A DNA stretch of 64,000 nucleotides from a virus (lineage: Duplodnaviria; Caudoviricetes), in IMG/VR virus record IMGVR_UViG_3300021255_000109, positions 32,001-96,000 of that record. One strand, given 5' to 3'. A model generated the notes under the pieces. It did not search any database, was not told where the DNA came from, and saw only the letters and a program-made list of their open reading frames with translations. This document shows positions 22,389 to 31,691 of the stretch, one piece after another. Every line of letters starts with the position of its first letter. Position 1 is the first letter of the stretch. A program made the position numbers and the translations under genes.

Positions 22389-22389
22389 G

Positions 22390-22764
22390 TTAACAATCTA
22401 CTCCATTTCTACGGAGAACTGCAAGCGTATTTTGGATTCCTACTGGATTCATACTAATTAGATACCATCTTAATTTTGTAAAATCTTGAGGGTAATGCAC
22501 TTCCATCCAATCAAGAAATTTAATAAAATCTCCTCCATCTTTTACGTAATCTCCAGCATCATGGTCGATATATATATCTACCAATCTAACATCTTTATCA
22601 TTTAAATCATTGCCCCAAAGAGTATATGCTTTAATAGCTTCATGTACACTCTTGCACCAAATAACACGTTCATTAGCATAATGATTTGGAAGATTTTCTG
22701 CAGGGTCTCTTACATCATCTATCCAAAGCACTATATGTAAAAAGTCATCACGATTCATTTTCAT
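22390..22764 (-). CDS. Cyclic-phosphate-processing receiver-like domain protein
   Basis: LWIDDVRDP, IDHDAGD, SMNPVG motifs. Confidence 0.75.
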   Translation of the reverse strand: MKMNRDDFLHIVLWIDDVRDPAENLPNHYANERVIWCKSVHEAIKAYTLWGNDLNDKDVRLVDIYIDHDAGDYVKDGGDFIKFLDWMEVHYPQDFTKLRWYLISMNPVGIQNTLAVLRRNGVDC

Positions 22765-23132
22765 AATTCTATTCCTCCGCCATTTACTAATTGAAGTTCT
22801 GGTTTTTCATCTTGTGGAGTAGCATCAAGCTTTAATTGTGATGGCAATGGTACTTTATAAGTAACACTTGCCATATGTCGATTTAAAATTTCTGAGATTT
22901 TTTTTCTTGCTGTTGCATCAATATTATATCCATGAATATTATAGGTGTAACGTGTAATCATATTCTCTGATTCTAACCATTCAAATAGTTTCACTACTTG
23001 AATATCATCATCAGTATCAATACGATCAATAGGCCACCCTGCAACAATGGCAGTAATGGCATCTATTGCATTATTTGCCCATATAAAATCATGAGATATA
23101 GGCTCAAATTTATTGTCTATCCAAAGTGTCAT
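22761..23132 (-). CDS. Divergent receiver-like protein (paralog of 22390-22764)
   Basis: LWIDN..P...W start, similar layout. Confidence 0.5.
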   Translation of the reverse strand: MTLWIDNKFEPISHDFIWANNAIDAITAIVAGWPIDRIDTDDDIQVVKLFEWLESENMITRYTYNIHGYNIDATARKKISEILNRHMASVTYKVPLPSQLKLDATPQDEKPELQLVNGGGIEL

Positions 23133-23494
23133 ATATAAATTTTAAATGTTATTATCTCGTCATTTCTATACTCATCAGATACATATAGAACGTGTTTGTC
23201 CCATACTTTATGCGCGTTTCCCATCCAATAGACAGGATCAGAACCTGTGAACATAGCCGCCGCGACGATATTGTTTTGATTTTTAATAATTACTATGCTT
23301 TTGATTTTACAATGCTTATAAGTATTTTTCTTAATATCGTATATAACACTACCAACTAATGGAGAATTTGCTTTTACTCCCTTTTTTCCGCGAACAAAAA
23401 ACAAGATAATATCTCCTTTCTTATTTTCTAAAATAATTATAACAAATTTTTTCCAAAAAATCAATTTAGAGGATTTGAGTGCGGCAAAGGTCAA
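23129..23494 (-). CDS. Hypothetical protein (true start probably ~23410)
   Basis: ORF; the upstream part overlaps a promoter motif. Confidence 0.4.
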   Translation of the reverse strand: MTFAALKSSKLIFWKKFVIIILENKKGDIILFFVRGKKGVKANSPLVGSVIYDIKKNTYKHCKIKSIVIIKNQNNIVAAAMFTGSDPVYWMGNAHKVWDKHVLYVSDEYRNDEIITFKIYI

Positions 23495-23563
23495 ATTAGT
23501 TTAGATTATTTTATATATTTTTTAAAAATAGATAGACGAAGTTATTAGAAAGGATGGATTATT

Positions 23564-23830
23564 ATGTCGCGAGCGATAGAAAATTATATTTGTGCGAGCG
23601 AAGATCGCCCGCATTATAATAATGAAACTTGGGGGCTATATGGTTTTTATTATCCTATGCGTTCTCCGCAAGTTACTATAATTCAGAATTTATATACAAA
23701 TGGTATTACTGAAGAAAAAGTTAATGAATTAATTGATGCCCGTGTTTCTGATATATCAGATGCAATAGAGTTTTATCCAATCCCAGATGAAACAGTAGAA
23801 GATATTATTGAGAAGGAGGGACAAGATTAA
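23564..23830 (+). CDS. Hypothetical (virion-associated?) protein
   Basis: RBS; first gene of a plus-strand 3-gene unit. Confidence 0.6.
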   Translation: MSRAIENYICASEDRPHYNNETWGLYGFYYPMRSPQVTIIQNLYTNGITEEKVNELIDARVSDISDAIEFYPIPDETVEDIIEKEGQD

Positions 23831-24093
23831 TGGCAAAATATTATTTGGATTCTCAAGGCGTAAAAATTATAGTTAAAGCCTTTACAGATGGATTGGCTAC
23901 AAAAGCTGATAAAACTGAATTAGCAGATTATGCTACTAAGACTTATGTAACCGAAGCAATTGAAGATGTATCACCGCAAGATTTAAGTGGTTATTTGAAA
24001 GCGGAAGATGTTCAAAGTATTACAGAAGCAGAACTTAATGAAATTTTGCATAGCGATAACTCACAAAATAATAATGATAACAGTGGTACATGA
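23830..24093 (+). CDS. Small fibre/decoration-like protein
   Basis: YLD..G N-terminus, KADKTEL.DYATK.YV, IT.AEL..I motifs. Confidence 0.6.
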   Translation: MAKYYLDSQGVKIIVKAFTDGLATKADKTELADYATKTYVTEAIEDVSPQDLSGYLKAEDVQSITEAELNEILHSDNSQNNNDNSGT

Positions 24094-24133
24094 TTTAACC
24101 GCTTAAAAATACTAACAAAGGAGAGATACAATT

Positions 24134-24970
24134 ATGGCTGATACAAAAAAGTTTTTAGACCAATCTGGTACCACTTATTTGTGGCAAAAAATTAAATAGC
24201 AATTAGATACTAAAGCAGATGCTTCACGTGTTTCAACTCTTGAAACAAGAGTTGCATCATTGGAATCTGGTACATATGATGATACCGCAATTCGTGGGTT
24301 AATTACAACTAATGCAAATGATATCGCAGGACTAGATACTCGTTTAGATACGGCAGAAACAGATATTGATACTGTTGAAGGAAAAGTAGCTACTTTAGTT
24401 GGTAGTGATGATAACAAGAGTGTAAGAACAATCGCTAATGAAGAATTAGCTGCATAGTTAATTCCTCAAAATGCTGATGAGGCTCTTGATACTTTACAAG
24501 AGATTGCAGCTTGGATCCAAGAGCATCCAGGTGATGCTGCAACAATGAACGCAGCTATTACTGCATTACAGAATAAGTTAACTCTTGGATTAGATTCTAA
24601 TAGTCAACAATATGCAACAGTAAAAGCGTATGTAGAAGCATACGTTGCTGCTGCTATTTCTGGAGCAGATTTAAGTCAATATGCTTTAGCTTCTGATTTA
24701 GATGCTTTAGAAACCCTTGTAGGTACTACTGCTGTAAGCACTCAAATTTCAAATGCAATTACTACATTAGATTTAGCTAATACATATGATGCTAAGGGTG
24801 CGGCAGCCGCAGCTCAAACGGCCGCAGAGACCTACGCCGCAGGATTGGCATCAAATTATGCTACTGCTGCTCAAGGTACTAAAGCTGATACAGCTCTGCA
24901 ACCTGCAGACGTCGTTGCATTAACAAATGCTGAAATTGATACTGCTATTGCAAATGCATCTAATACTTAA
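24134..24970 (+). CDS. Head/tail fibre-like protein (in-frame TAGs at 24197, 24455)
   Basis: MADTKKFLDQSG..., LDTLQEIAAWIQEHP, YDAKGAA, YATAAQG.KADTALQ. Confidence 0.8.
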
Positions 24971-24980
24971 TAAAAAAATA

Positions 24981-25015
24981 AGGGGTAAGTGATTTCTCAC
25001 TTACCCCGTTTTTTT
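24981..25015. terminator. Bidirectional intrinsic terminator
   Basis: GGGGTAAGTGA/TCACTTACCCC hairpin with A- and T-tracts between convergent genes. Confidence 0.75.
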
Positions 25016-25020
25016 ATTTA

Positions 25021-26577
25021 TCACTTAATGCAAGCGTAACGCTCAGTATTAAGCTTATCCATCATGAGTTCATATCCGGTCTTACCAGACATGATGGTCT
25101 CAAAGATAGAAGGAGAGAAGCCAGATACGAAGCTTACACGGCCCTGTCCGAGCATCGGAATGTTATTCTGGCGAGCATCAACATTCCAGAAAATCAGATG
25201 AGGCAGTTCAAGTCCGTAACGTGCCCACTTCTTAGCGATACCCTCCATCACAGTCTCGCAGTTGCGAGAATTGATGCTAGAAGTATAACGCCAACCAGAA
25301 GTTGCAGAGTCGAACTCCATATCAGAGATGATAAGGACATTCTTCGGGATATCTTCCTTCTTTACACCAGGACGAGTTGCAGTATCAAGTAGAAGGTCGA
25401 AGGTTGCTTCGATATTAGTGTTCTCACACAGATTAGTGCGATAAATTCTTTCGACCTTATCACAGAAATCTACTCCCTCAGTACGGATGAGCTGAGGACG
25501 AGAAGAGAAACTAATATAGTTATTGGCGAACGGGCCATTGTTATGCTCTGCGCAATACAGACCCAGAGAAATTGCTACGTTGATAGGAGCAGAAGCGCTA
25601 TCACCAGTCATAGAACCAGAGGTATCTACAACAGCAATACCATTGAAAGTTGCATTATTGAAATAATCGGTCAGATTATCCCAATACTTGTTAACCATCA
25701 GACGATTGGTATCGTACAGGTCAACATTGCTCTTATTATAATCATTAAAGCTATACCAACTTCTGTACTGCGGTTTCATGACCTTTACAGCCTCAGCTAC
25801 GCACTCATAAGGATACAGCGCCTTAGCGTTTACCTTAGTAGTGGCGTCCTGTGCGAACTCAGCGTAAGTCTTTACATTTTCGTTCTTCTGGCGCTCAATG
25901 TCATGACGAGCAAAAGCGTTCTTGTAAATCATTCCAGCACGAGAAGGAATCTTATCGAACTCAATCTCGTCCCAGCGATTCTCAGACATTAGTCTCTCCA
26001 GAACGTTGATGCGGGCGCGCAGATTAGAAAGAATCTTTCTATACTGGCGAGAAGTCATGCCCATATGCTGGCGAGTCAGTGCTCCCAGTCTGCGGCTTTC
26101 AGCACTTGAAGTGTTCTCGGACTTCAACCACTTAGCAAGTAAAGACGGAGTCTTGCAGCTGACATCAAGTGCAAGCTGATGAGTCATCAGCGCGAATGCG
26201 TCACCTTCCAGCGGAGTCCCTACGAACTCATACAAGTCATCCCAACGACCAAACTCAGGTACATGGATGAGATTGCGCTTTGCAGCATCTGCGTCCGCAT
26301 TAGCAAGCCAATGCATACACACACGGAAGAATCTACGCTCTCCCTGGCCTCCACGCACATCACGGATATAGAACAGGCACTTTAGTGCATACTCCGGGTT
26401 TTCCGCATATGCGTTCTTAAAGAGGTTAATTACATCTGCGTCACTGCGATTACGATAAGCTGCGCCCATCGCAAACATATCCAGTAAATCAGAACGAGTA
26501 GTCTTATGGGTCACACCACCATTCTCAGTGAGAGTGAAGTTAGTAGCATCATTCAGACCGGACATAAAAGTATTCAT
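25021..26577 (-). CDS. DUF2828-family helical + vWA protein (Ro60/TROVE-like architecture)
   Basis: TENG, RDVRGGQGERRFF, GRWDDL, AKWLKSE, vWA DTSGSM, SDMEFD, FWNV, SGFS. Confidence 0.85.
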   Translation of the reverse strand: MNTFMSGLNDATNFTLTENGGVTHKTTRSDLLDMFAMGAAYRNRSDADVINLFKNAYAENPEYALKCLFYIRDVRGGQGERRFFRVCMHWLANADADAAKRNLIHVPEFGRWDDLYEFVGTPLEGDAFALMTHQLALDVSCKTPSLLAKWLKSENTSSAESRRLGALTRQHMGMTSRQYRKILSNLRARINVLERLMSENRWDEIEFDKIPSRAGMIYKNAFARHDIERQKNENVKTYAEFAQDATTKVNAKALYPYECVAEAVKVMKPQYRSWYSFNDYNKSNVDLYDTNRLMVNKYWDNLTDYFNNATFNGIAVVDTSGSMTGDSASAPINVAISLGLYCAEHNNGPFANNYISFSSRPQLIRTEGVDFCDKVERIYRTNLCENTNIEATFDLLLDTATRPGVKKEDIPKNVLIISDMEFDSATSGWRYTSSINSRNCETVMEGIAKKWARYGLELPHLIFWNVDARQNNIPMLGQGRVSFVSGFSPSIFETIMSGKTGYELMMDKLNTERYACIK

Positions 26578-26626
26578 ATTTTTTTCTCCTTTTTCTCATT
26601 GGTTCCTCTTGGACAAGAGGAAATTA

Positions 26627-26884
26627 TTAAAATCTTAATTCAATGTTACCAAATGAATCAATACGTACTCCTTGAACATTTAATTTACCAGAAGTTCTAT
26701 AACCAGTTTTAACACTACTTGGATAAATATCTCCTCCAAGTGCTTGCAGGTCTTCAGTAAATTGATTCCAAAGATTTTTTATTGCTTTAATTTTTGCTTC
26801 TTGTTTTCTTTTTTTTAAAATTGAATTTAATTCATCATCAGTTACTTCAATTGTAAATTCCATTGATTTTTTCCTTTCTTTCAT
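26627..26884 (-). CDS. Hypothetical protein
   Basis: ORF behind promoter. Confidence 0.5.
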   Translation of the reverse strand: MKERKKSMEFTIEVTDDELNSILKKRKQEAKIKAIKNLWNQFTEDLQALGGDIYPSSVKTGYRTSGKLNVQGVRIDSFGNIELRF

Positions 26885-26970
26885 TTTCTATAAATATTAT
26901 ATCAAATTTTTTAGGAAAAATCAATTTGTTATATTTTTATCTGGTATATACTCTTTTATAAAATTAATAG

Positions 26971-27053
26971 AGGCGCAGGTCAGATTCGAACTGACGATAA
27001 CTTACGTAATTGGTTTTGCAGACCAACGTCTTTAACCACTCGACCACTGCGCC
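26971..27053 (-). tRNA. tRNA-Cys(GCA), long variable region
   Basis: Cloverleaf; TTGGT-CTGCAAA-ACCAA; U73. Confidence 0.85.
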
Positions 27054-27062
27054 TATAATAAG

Positions 27063-27533
27063 TTACCCTTTTTTAAATTCTTGCAAAGGGTAACCGTGGT
27101 CTTTAAACCACTCTTGAATTACTCTTCGTTCTGAGCAGGGATTATTAGTTGCTTCATGGACAATAAATACAATAATAGGATCTTCAGTAAAACCTTCTTT
27201 TTCTTGAACAGCTTTCCCAAGAGAATAGATACGTTTAATAATATCTTGGAAATCTAATTGGTCAAGTTGTGCACGGTAAGCACGCAAAAATGCGCACATA
27301 TGAGGATCGCCATCATTACAATATTCAGGACCTCTGCACAAATGTTCACAAGTTGAACCTGGTACAAATGGTTCTGCACGTAATCCGTTCCAAACACCAT
27401 TTTTATCTTTCCATTGATAGCCTTGATACCTATTATTAAAAAACCATCGAGGATCAAACTGCGCTGTACTTAATGGTATATAATTTGGTTTCATAAATCG
27501 AATTTGATAAAAATAAGAAGTCATTATATACAT
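27063..27533 (-). CDS. DUF488-like hypothetical protein
   Basis: IMTSYF, STA..P.WF, E....CSERR. Confidence 0.6.
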   Translation of the reverse strand: MYIMTSYFYQIRFMKPNYIPLSTAQFDPRWFFNNRYQGYQWKDKNGVWNGLRAEPFVPGSTCEHLCRGPEYCNDGDPHMCAFLRAYRAQLDQLDFQDIIKRIYSLGKAVQEKEGFTEDPIIVFIVHEATNNPCSERRVIQEWFKDHGYPLQEFKKG

Positions 27534-27535
27534 AA

Positions 27536-27751
27536 TTATGAATCTTTTGCTGACTTAAAAAGACCTCTGATTACCATATAAACAATAGTAAAAATAACTA
27601 CTAATGGCCAACTAAAAGCGACTTCCCAACCAAAAATTACAGTAATTCCAATCGCTTTTAATCCCCAGCAAATTACCCATACAACACCTGCATTTATTAA
27701 AAATCCAAATGCGAATCCTAAAAGTATTGTTAAAATTATTTGTGCAAGCAT
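27536..27751 (-). CDS. Small membrane protein
   Basis: Two hydrophobic helices, RBS. Confidence 0.6.
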   Translation of the reverse strand: MLAQIILTILLGFAFGFLINAGVVWVICWGLKAIGITVIFGWEVAFSWPLVVIFTIVYMVIRGLFKSAKDS

Positions 27752-27821
27752 TTCTGCTAAACCTCCCGTAAAAAATGTATAAATAAAAATAAAGGAGCCA
27801 TTTCTGGCTCCTTATTTTAAG

Positions 27822-28160
27822 TTAAAGCCAGAAATTTAACAAGTGTTGGAAACCATCAAAAGGATTTAAGTCTCCGGTTTTCAAGGTCATATGAAAACTA
27901 CCATAATCTTGTATAAATCGATCAAGTAATTCTCGATATTTCTGATTTGCATCACAAAGTGCCTTATAGGCATCTTCCACCTGAGCCGCACGAGCTTTAC
28001 GTTCTTCATTAAGTTTTGCAACTCTCGCTTTTTCATTGGCAATAGCTAATTCTTTTGCTGCTTTTTCTTTTGCGATCGCTTCATCAAATTCTTTTTCAGC
28101 AGCTACACATTCCTCTACGGATGTGTATTCTTTTCCAGTTTTTTCACTTATAATACGCAT
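27822..28160 (-). CDS. Hypothetical coiled-coil protein
   Basis: ORF with GGAGG RBS. Confidence 0.65.
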   Translation of the reverse strand: MRIISEKTGKEYTSVEECVAAEKEFDEAIAKEKAAKELAIANEKARVAKLNEERKARAAQVEDAYKALCDANQKYRELLDRFIQDYGSFHMTLKTGDLNPFDGFQHLLNFWL

Positions 28161-28364
28161 TGTAAAATTCCTCCCTTTTACAAACATATAAAAATTTTAT
28201 GGCACCTTTACTTATGCCATAAATGGCTTTATCAGCTTGATCTGTATAATCGCTAAACGACATAAAGCCAAAATATTAAGGCAAAACAATAGTAAGAAAG
28301 AGAGGGATAAAATAAACTACTATTTTGCCTTAATATATAAAAACCACAGAAAGGAACAACTTCT

Positions 28365-28462
28365 CAAGGCTCGTCACGTAACCCAACAAATACACAGAAG
28401 GAGAAAAAATGTTTCATATTATAGACCTATTGAATATCTTTTACATCTGCTGTATGAGCCTT
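28365..28462 (-). ncRNA. Stem/ACAGCA element E1
   Basis: AAGGCTC-ATACAGCAG ... GAGCCTTG. Confidence 0.6.
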
Positions 28463-28470
28463 TCAAAGAG

Positions 28471-28543
28471 AGCGTCTGACGAGAATCGAACTCGCATCTA
28501 ATGCTTGGAAGGCACTTGTGTTAATCCATTACACCACAAACGC
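28471..28543 (-). tRNA. tRNA-Gly(TCC)
   Basis: Cloverleaf; loop CTTCCAA. Confidence 0.9.
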
Positions 28544-28631
28544 AAATCCGAATTTCTTTTTAATGTTAAAATTCGGAAACAATCATAGGGGGTTATTTTA
28601 GGGGAAAACAGATAAAGGAAATAAGTTATCG

Positions 28632-28714
28632 TGCGGGTAGAGGGACTTGAACCCTCACGGGTCGAACCCTCGGGATTTTAAGTCCCGTGCGTCTGCCGAT
28701 TCCGCCACACCCGC
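28632..28714 (-). tRNA. tRNA-Leu(TAA)
   Basis: Cloverleaf with variable arm; loop CTTAAAA. Confidence 0.92.
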
Positions 28715-28854
28715 ATGTTTTGAAACAATGTTCTGAACAAGCTCGTCTACAGTCTTACCGAAAATAGCTTTACAACAAACATCAACTAATGAATTTTTTA
28801 TTCTATTTACTTTTCTTTAAATAAATACCCATTCATTTCCATTATTTTTCTCCT

Positions 28855-28961
28855 CAAGACGGCTTTTTAGTGCTGGAATCGAACCAGCTTAGATTGTTTT
28901 ACAGACAATGTGCGAACCATACGCTTAATATTCTAAAAAGAATGATTGCTGTATCCGCCTT
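28855..28961 (-). ncRNA. Element E2 enclosing a degenerate tRNA-Tyr(GTA)-like module
   Basis: AAGGCGG-ATACAGCAA ... ATTGT-CTGTAAA-ACAAT ... GCTGG-TTCGATT-CCAGC ... CCGTCTTG. Confidence 0.7.
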
Positions 28962-29228
28962 TCTTTATCTTACATATATATTATATCAAAATTTTTATAA
29001 AAAATCAATTAAAAATCGTCATAATTACTATTTTGTAACTTTTGTTTTTCTTTACGCTTTTGTCTATCTTTCTGTTCAATATTAGATTCTTTGCATAAAT
29101 GGCAATTGCCGCAATTTCTTCTATTATGACAAAACCAACAATAATCATTATCCCAAAAGAACCATTTGGGAGGACTAGGCAATGGTTTTCTTTCACTTTT
29201 ACCCATCTTCAAAGCTCCTTTTATACAG

Positions 29229-29316
29229 CGGGGGTATTGGGATTCGAACCCAAACCGAGGCCCTCAGAAGGCTGGAGTTTTAGAGACTCCTGTGCTGACC
29301 GTTACACTATACCCCT
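29229..29316 (-). tRNA. Amber suppressor tRNA (anticodon CTA), probably Gln
   Basis: GGAGT-CTCTAAA-ACTCC; A1/C72 mismatch, G2-C71, G3-C70, G73; ~20-nt variable region. Confidence 0.9.
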
Positions 29317-29322
29317 ATAAAA

Positions 29323-29412
29323 CGGGGCACCTGGGACTCGAACCCAGACGCCGCTCACACGGTTACTAGCGATTTTCAGGACCGCTGTCTTACCAGTTAG
29401 ACTTAATGCCCC
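29323..29412 (-). tRNA. tRNA-Ser(TGA)
   Basis: Cloverleaf, long variable arm, G73. Confidence 0.88.
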
Positions 29413-29427
29413 AAAAAGGGACTGCTG

Positions 29428-29760
29428 TTACACAGTCGCAGACATTGACTCAAGGTTACGCTTAGCTTCGGTTACTTCCGAACGTGCGTCATTCACATAA
29501 TTTTCCATTTTGTTCAGACGCACAAGAGCCTTAGCAACTTCCTGTTCAGCTTTCTCAAACTCACGCTGGGCACGAGCATATCTCTTATTAGCAATCTTCA
29601 TAGCACAACGTGCGATTGCTAGATTCTGTCCGACTTCTACATCAAACGTATCTCTTGGGTCACACTTGGCCACACCGCGCACAGTCTTTCCAGCATAGGT
29701 AGAAACGGCAACCATCTTGTTCGAACCATCAGTGTAAAACTTGTACTTCTCTTTTAACAT
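29428..29760 (-). CDS. Hypothetical protein
   Basis: GVAKCDPRDTFD..G..LA motif; RBS. Confidence 0.7.
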   Translation of the reverse strand: MLKEKYKFYTDGSNKMVAVSTYAGKTVRGVAKCDPRDTFDVEVGQNLAIARCAMKIANKRYARAQREFEKAEQEVAKALVRLNKMENYVNDARSEVTEAKRNLESMSATV

Positions 29761-29908
29761 TTTTTCTTTCTCCTTTAATTCTTTATATAGTGTGCATCCT
29801 TCTAATCAAAAAGGATCATAAGGATTACATCTTTGTGAGCCACATAATTTGCAATTTTCTGCTACAAACTTTTCAAAATCCATTAGTTTCATTATTTCTA
29901 CCTTTCAG

Positions 29909-29982
29909 AGGGGCAAACGGGGCTCGAACCCGCAATCCCTACCTTGGCAAGGTAGTGCGTTAGCCAATTACGCTATTGCCCC
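29909..29982 (-). tRNA. tRNA-Gly(GCC)
   Basis: Cloverleaf; loop TTGCCAA. Confidence 0.9.
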
Positions 29983-29988
29983 AAAATA

Positions 29989-30312
29989 TTAAACGCGACG
30001 ATTCCATTTTATTATAGCTTCTACTCTTTCATCACATTCAGCCGACATAGCATCACATTCAGTACATTCAATTGCGTAGCTTAAGGTGCCATCATTATAT
30101 TGAAACTCTTCAATTTGCGCTTTTGCTCCACAAAAAGGACAAGACTTTAAATAAGTGTTAATTTTCTTGTCATCCCAGACCAACTGATGATGCCAATTTT
30201 CTGATTCAGATAAAAATTGCTTTACATCTATATTGTACTTCTGTGATAAGTGCTCAATCTTTTGTTCGCTTTCTTTACGCATTTCTTCTATTAAACGGTC
30301 AATATCTATCAT
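29989..30312 (-). CDS. Lar-family (restriction alleviation) Zn-ribbon protein
   Basis: LKSCPFCG...C..C...AI..WNRR. Confidence 0.75.
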   Translation of the reverse strand: MIDIDRLIEEMRKESEQKIEHLSQKYNIDVKQFLSESENWHHQLVWDDKKINTYLKSCPFCGAKAQIEEFQYNDGTLSYAIECTECDAMSAECDERVEAIIKWNRRV

Positions 30313-30344
30313 TATTTTATTCCTCCTTTCTATCTGAAAGAGAG

Positions 30345-30417
30345 AGCCGCCAGAGGGACTTGAACCCCCAACCCAGTGCTTACAAGGCACTTGCGCTAGC
30401 CATTACGCCATGGCGGC
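30345..30417 (-). tRNA. tRNA-Thr(TGT)
   Basis: Cloverleaf; loop CTTGTAA. Confidence 0.92.
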
Positions 30418-30424
30418 ATAATAG

Positions 30425-30497
30425 TGATCCATCGGGGGCTTGAACCCCGAACCCCAAGATTAAGAATCATGTGCTCTACCAATTGAGCTAATGGATC
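30425..30497 (-). tRNA. tRNA-Lys(CTT)
   Basis: Cloverleaf; loop TTCTTAA. Confidence 0.88.
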
Positions 30498-30506
30498 ATA
30501 GACATT

Positions 30507-30707
30507 TTAATTATAACATTCTTTTGTGAAAAAACAATACATAACGTCTACATTATATTTATTTTTTGCTAAAATTGCATTAACTAATTTATATCCTTGC
30601 TCACCCATTTGAGTTAAAGTATTAGGTAAAACATCTGTTGCATAGTTACTGATTACTACAACTGTATTATCATATATTACTTCTTTTTTATTCATGAATT
30701 TCCTCAT
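30507..30707 (-). CDS. Small hypothetical protein
   Basis: L..MG.QGY.LV....Y.FF.K pattern. Confidence 0.55.
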   Translation of the reverse strand: MRKFMNKKEVIYDNTVVVISNYATDVLPNTLTQMGEQGYKLVNAILAKNKYNVDVMYCFFTKECYN

Positions 30708-30709
30708 AG

Positions 30710-31008
30710 TGGACCTGAGGGGAGTCGAACCCCTGTCCGAAATTTATACTTACTATAATTGTTTACGCTGTTTTTTTAAATTTGCTCCACCATCTTATTT
30801 TTAGTGCTAAGAATAAGAAAACTTAAAGTGACAGTTGTTTTCGATCCTCAACAGTTACTACTGACATCTTACTGTGTTTTGGAGGCTGAGCCAAATCAGG
30901 CTGCCATTTGATATTGATATCTTGCGTTTATATTTAGATTTTAGTGATTACGTCACTACACGAGCGCAATTATAATTTTCTAAACCCCGTCGAAACCATT
31001 ACAAGCCC
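30710..31008 (-). ncRNA. ssrA: tmRNA
   Basis: 5' GGGCTTGTAATGGTTTCGACGGGG, 3' GACAGGGGTTCGACTCCCCTCAGGTCCA; resume ATAAAC-GCA; tag (A)ARYQYQMAA-TGA. Confidence 0.9.
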
Positions 31009-31591
31009 GAATATACGAGGTGATCACCTGGCCGCAATTCCTCAGGAGGACTCAATTTATATACCGACTACGCGTAGTAAGGTAACGCCAGCGCCCTTCG
31101 TCGGTTTCTCTTTACCTTACATATATATTATACTAAATTTTTTAGTAAAAATCAATTTTAACATTTTTTGGTTGTAAAAATTCGTGATGGATTTTCTAAT
31201 TCATCTTGGCGATCTTGACATGCGTTGGCGGCCGGAGCCACCGTTCGGTTTTCAAAAAAACCTTGATATAATTAATCAACTTGCTTACTCCATGCACGCT
31301 GAACACTTTTTGCTCGCTACATGCTACCCTAAGAACTTCCTCTTCAGCGATCTTGTTGACGCTGACCGCTTGCCATCAGCTCGTCTTTTTAATTATATCA
31401 AGATTTCTCCATCGTAAAACACAGATAAAGTAAAAGGATAGAACTACGGTTGTAAAGAGCCAACCTCTTTATCCACATTTCCGATTAACACAGTAATTTC
31501 TATCAGCATATTAATATTAGTAAATTCCGCTCTTTCGGTCTAAGTTTTCTCTAAAGTGTATATCGTTTCAACTTTAAATACTTACTTAAAG

Positions 31592-31674
31592 TGGGCCGCG
31601 CTGGAGTCGAACCAGCTGAGTCTCTGACACCTGATTTACAGTCAGGCCTGCTTCCACATACAGTATACCGACCC
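31592..31674 (-). tRNA. tRNA-Tyr(GTA)
   Basis: Cloverleaf with variable arm; loop CTGTAAA. Confidence 0.88.
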
Positions 31675-31691
31675 ATGTAACATAAAAAAAT

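Noticed and set aside
29323-29412. Opal suppressor or selenocysteine tRNA
   Set aside because: The anticodon is TGA (reads UCA, Ser), not TCA
31330-31350. RNase P RNA (GAGGAAGTTC resembles the P4 5' strand)
   Set aside because: No matching 3' P4 strand (ACA.AA...GCTTA) found at a suitable distance on the same strand
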